Source of the DNA: Azolla caroliniana
Lineage: Eukaryota > Plantae > Polypodiophyta
Direction of reading: 5' to 3'
Assembly: GCA_043228905.1 (NCBI GenBank)
Contig: JBHGNT010000002.1
Location: forward strand, 8,432,001-8,496,000
DNA: 64,000 bases
The position numbers and the translations under genes are program-made. Positions 59,687 through 64,000 of the stretch are shown here, one piece after another. The notes under the pieces were generated by a model. The model was given only the letters and a program-made list of their open reading frames with translations, searched no databases and was not told the origin of the DNA. The number at the start of each line of letters is the position of its first letter. The stretch's first letter is position 1.

Positions 59687-61294
59687 ATGTCTAAAGTGGT
59701 ACAGATTCTTGATCCAAATAATTTTGATGAAGCAAAATCTGATAAGAAATGGGTGAATGCAATGCAAGAAGAAATAGATGCATTGGCTGAAAACAGAACA
59801 TGGGATTTGGTGAAATTACCGAAAGAAAAAAATGTTGTAGGTTGCAAATGGGTCTACAAAACAAAGCATGATTCCAATGGTAATGTAAGTAGACATAAAG
59901 CAAGACTTGTGGCAAAGGGATATGCCCATATGCAAGGTATTGATTATGATGAAACATTTGCACTAGTTGCAAAAATGGCAACCTTGAGAACACTACTTGC
60001 TGTGAGTACAACCAAAAGATGGGTTCTGCACCATATGGATGTAGAAAATGCTTTTTTACATGGCAACTTAGAAGAAGAAGTGTATATGTGTCAACCACCA
60101 GGTTTTGAAGATAAGAAGCATCCAAAATATGTATGTAGGCTGAAAAAGGCTCTCTATGAACTGAAACAAGCACTGAGAGCATGGCATAAAGAACTTTCAG
60201 AATCTCTGAGAAAATTTGTTTTCAAAATGTCAAAGGTTGATCCATCATTATATGTAAAGAAGATGAATGATTGCATTGTTGTTATCTTGATATATGTAGA
60301 TGATTTAATCATCGGAGGTGATTCTATGGATGAAATAAGCAAGCTGAAAAGAAATCTTGAAATGCAATTTCATATGAAGGATTTGGGAGAGCTGAGATAC
60401 TTTCTTGGCATTGAGATGATTAGATCTGAAAGTGGTATATATATGTTGCATAAACAATATGCAACAACTATGTTGAAGAAGTATGGTATGCTTGGAGGCA
60501 AACCTATTGGTGTACCACTAGATAAGAACTGCAAATTGAGGGCTGATTTGGGAGCCAAAATAGAAGATGTAAACATGTACAGGTCTATGGTGGGCAGCCT
60601 CATATATTTGACCATAACAAGACCTGATTTGAGTTATGTTGTTGGATTAGTCAGCCAGTTTATGCAACAGCCAACAAAGCCACATTTGGACTACATAAGA
60701 AGAATTCTGAGGTATGTAAAAGCTACTCAAAATTATGGATTGTTTTATAGGTCTGATTTGGACATAAAGATGGAAGAATATACAGATGATGATTGGGCTG
60801 GAAGCCAAATTGACAAAAGATCCACAAGTGGATATATGTTTACATCGGGAAGTGCGGCTATTTCATGGAGTAGCACGAAACAAGCTACTATTGCATTATC
60901 AAGTACTAAAGCTGAATATAGAGGAGTTGTAATAGCTACCTGTGAAGAGGTATGGATCAGAAGATTGGTTTCTGATTTGGGAGAGTATATAGATGGTGCA
61001 GTCACAATTTGGTGTGACAATATGAGCAGCATTCAGCTGGCAAAAAACCAAGTGTTCCATGCAATAACAAAGCACATTGAAATGCATTATCACTTTGTTA
61101 GAGAAAAAGTGATTGATGGAGAAGTGGATCTGTTGTATGTAAGTACAAATCAGCAAGTTGCTGATATTCTTATGAAGGGATTAAGCATGGAAAAACATAC
61201 ACAATTTAGAGACATGATGGGAGTTATGAGCATTGGTATGATATTTGAAAAGCATGAAAAGAAGAAGACTGAAGATGACCTCAAGAAAGGATAA
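59687..61294 (+). pseudogene. Copia RT-RNase H, open for 535 aa but part of a disrupted element
   Basis: [38 protein letters not shown]. Confidence 0.9.
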
Positions 61295-61700
61295 GTTGAG
61301 CTTGAGGGGGAATGTTGAGAAACAAGCTCAACAAAGGTATGTGATGCTTATTGAGAAATAAGCTATAACAACTATTAGCTAATTAGCTGCTACTGGACAT
61401 AAAGGTGAAACAACTATTTAGCTATTGATAGCTATTTAGCTATAGACAGCTAATTAGCTGCATATATAAGTCACTTATGTACTTATGTGTAGTAAGAGTA
61501 AGAGAGCGAGAAGTAAGAATAGAAAACAGAAAACAGACGAGAGCGAGTTTCAAGCTCTGCGTGTCATGAAATAGAAGAAGCTTTTTACTGTGCTACATAG
61601 AGGTAAGCATCCTTCCCCTTCTTTTCTGTCTTGAGCACTAAACGATCCAGCACATCACGATCCGTTGTGCACACAGAAGAGCCATAGTGCCTTCGTAACA

Positions 61701-63050
61701 ACCCTCACCAACGTTATGTGTACATAACAACCAGAGGCACCACAACACAGACAGAGGCCATTAGTCCGCCAAAATTGACATTCGGTATCTGTCAATGGCC
61801 GAAATTGGTCTTGATAAATTTCCATTGGGACTGGAGCCTCTGCCAAGGTAGGGGAGCGTGACGCAGTCGACGGGAGTGATACCTGGGTTGTACGACTGGG
61901 GCCTGTTGTGGAAGTAAATGAGGTGGACCCCAAGTCCGTCTCTCTTCCTGGCGAAATTCAAAAAGACGATTGTCATAATGGATTGCTTGTGAACTCTCTT
62001 GGGATAACGAGGTGTGCTCGGGAAAGTTCAAGAGAAGATTCTTGACATTACCCCGAAGACCTTGCCAAAAGTGATCACCTAAAGCTTGATCATCCCAGTT
62101 GACGTTACGTGCTAGTTGTCGGAATTCTGAAGCATAGACAGAAGTTGCACGCAAACCTTGTTCGAGTGCATAAATCTTGGTGAGGGTTGTACTTCGCCAG
62201 TCCGTCTCTCCAAATGTGGCCTCTAACTCGGCGAGGAAGGCGGGAAAGTCCTCCAATAGAAGTGACGAAGTTGCTACCAATGGTGCAAACCAAGCTTGGG
62301 CCGGACCGGAGAGGAGGGTGCCCACAAGGCCGACTTGTCGAAAACCATATGCATAACAGTCAAGTTGTAGCCCAATGATAAGATGAATTAGGTTGATGAA
62401 TCCCCAGAAATGTGACCTCGTTCCATCAAATTTTTCTGGGAGGCTAACCTTAGGCTCAAGAAAATGAGAAGAAGCTAGACCACATGTTGGTAGAAGATTG
62501 GGCTCTGGGCTAGGTTGTGGTGGGAGACTAAGATCTGCGGGTTGTGAGGATAGGGAGGTGCCGACTTGAAGTTCTCGTAAAGAATTCGAAAGAGCTTCAT
62601 TTTCAAACTGGAGTTGTTGTAAGGCTATCATTATCTTGCTTAAGTCACTAGCTGGGCCAGACATAGCTACGGCTAATGAGAGGGAGAGCTATGAGGATGG
62701 GACGGTGAACAAACTCTCATGGATAGCAAATATGCACAAGAGTGTAGAAGATAATCAAAGGGATGAGTTGATTAATTGAAAGACTCCATAACTAGTGTTG
62801 TTCACCTTGATTGTAACCTAGGTGAACACACATATTTATACAAGTTCTGAGATTGAATATCTCTAGAATATACCATAGAGTATTTCTAAAATATACTAAA
62901 TACTAGAATATTCTGAATGTACTATATGCTAGACTATACAATATTAAACCATATACAATTACATGTAACTTAAGCGTTTCCAAATGGTTTTAAATCTAAT
63001 GCTAAGTATGGAGTGTGTTATAGGTTAGAGGTTCAAGGCTAGATGTGACA
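61701..63050 (-). mobile_element. Truncated chromovirus-like Gypsy 5' end (LTR 62715-63050, decayed gag from 62664)
   Basis: PEKFDGTRSHF, VGLVGTLLSGPAQAWF, PMEI, CLCCG; homologous to the gag at 52452-53603; non-tRNA PBS at 62704-62714. Confidence 0.88.
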
Positions 63051-63420
63051 GAGGGTCCTGACCTCAACAATGAAGATAGTAAGGCAGATCTCGCAAACGT
63101 GAGCGATGTCAACGAGGACGTGGAGGAAACTGATTGATCACCATAGCCGAAATATCACACTCTCTTTTTGGCACGTATGGGAGGACGCGCGGTTTGGTGG
63201 GGCTAGATGTTCTGCAGAGTTTCGGAAACGGTATGAAATTTGTGTGGAACAGACAAAATCGAGAAGGTGCAATGTGCACACCTGTGAGGGTGATGATCAC
63301 ACATGTACACAGGCATGTTGAAAATAGGAACGAAATGAGACTCGTAAATGGAAGGTTAAACATGTCCACGTGTGATGTAAATAAGACTAAGGCCTAGAAA
63401 TATTTGAGTGTATATAGTGG

Positions 63421-63487
63421 GGTGCATCAAGGTTTAAACCTTGCACCTCTAAGGTGGAAGACGTTTGGTTTACCACTAGGACTACTC
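63421..63487 (-). other. tRNA-derived (SINE-head-like) sequence
   Basis: A-box-like tagtcctagtgg and a T-arm-like caagg-tttaaa-ccttg. Confidence 0.45.
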
Positions 63488-63499
63488 CTTACATCACCC

Positions 63500-63851
63500 T
63501 AATCAAGTTGACTTAAGTTATCCTATCAGACTACTTAGTTAATTTATGCAGACATAGACCGTAGAGCACATGAAGTGTGTGCACCGCATACTGCAATATG
63601 TCAGCAAACCCCTTGATCGTGGGTTGTTGTACAAGAACGACATTGCAATGTAGCTACACAACTATACAAATGTAGATTGTGTTGCAGATGCAATTGATCG
63701 TCAATTGACATCAGGCTTTATGTTCTCATTCAGTCGTGTGGCAATATCATGGAGAAGCAAGCAAGAAGCAGCCAATAGTTGCACCATCCAGTACCGACAA
63801 GAGTAGTTGTAATCTATGAGGCAATTTGGTTAACGTGGTTGTTGCGGAACC
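63500..63851 (+). pseudogene. Decayed Copia RT/RNase H fragment
   Basis: HRILQYV..LDRGLLY..YTNVD..TSGFMFSF..AISWRSKQ. Confidence 0.75.
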
Positions 63852-64000
63852 TGTTGGGAAATCGGTCTCTCCGGATGGGATCCGGTGATGAATAAAGAGG
63901 ACACGGTGAGAACTAGAAGAGATTCGGAAACAGGAGGAGACCCGGTGAGAACCGGAAGTGAAGACATATCTGTAAATATGTTTTGAGTAAGCTTATTGGG
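63852..64000 (+). mobile_element. Start of another LTR of the CCGG-rich Copia group
   Basis: tgttggga..ggtctctccggatggga..gaagacatatctgtaaatatgttt resembles the LTR starting at 29342. Confidence 0.75.

Larger units (their letters stand above)
44440..61700 (+). mobile_element. AT-rich Copia hosting the large nest (own segments 44440-45318, 47593-47606, 59585-61700)
   Basis: Zinc knuckle CWYCGKPGHTEAEC, protease WYVDSRASNHM, integrase largely deleted; linker rejoins when aligned with the homologue at ~36540-36690; PPT and 3' LTR 61313-61700. Confidence 0.88.

Overview
Land-plant nuclear DNA (species not identifiable from sequence alone). About three quarters of the window is nested LTR-retrotransposon sequence. 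There is one host gene, which I assembled from GT-AG splice sites: 8 coding exons on the minus strand (20900->16683, 378 aa), bHLH-MYC_N / RSS3-like family. Copia elements: one intact copy with identical LTRs (7626-12852), two CCGG-rich copies (29342-35189, 38488-43827) and several decayed copies. Gypsy and other repeats: a young chromovirus (48432-54157) inserted in another element's PBS, four solo LTRs, L1 fragments and a 26S rRNA fragment. The most interesting signal is a shared LTR architecture across Gypsy-type families. (i) A tRNA-like A/B-box module lies antisense at the outer U3 edge. (ii) Perfect heat-shock elements lie upstream of the TATA box. (iii) The PBS is not tRNA-complementary; it matches the predicted 5' end of the element's own transcript (Tf1-type self-priming). 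That primer is one arm of an inverted repeat spanning the predicted TSS, and its sequence co-varies between families. All coordinates and counts were read by eye; no database searches were run.
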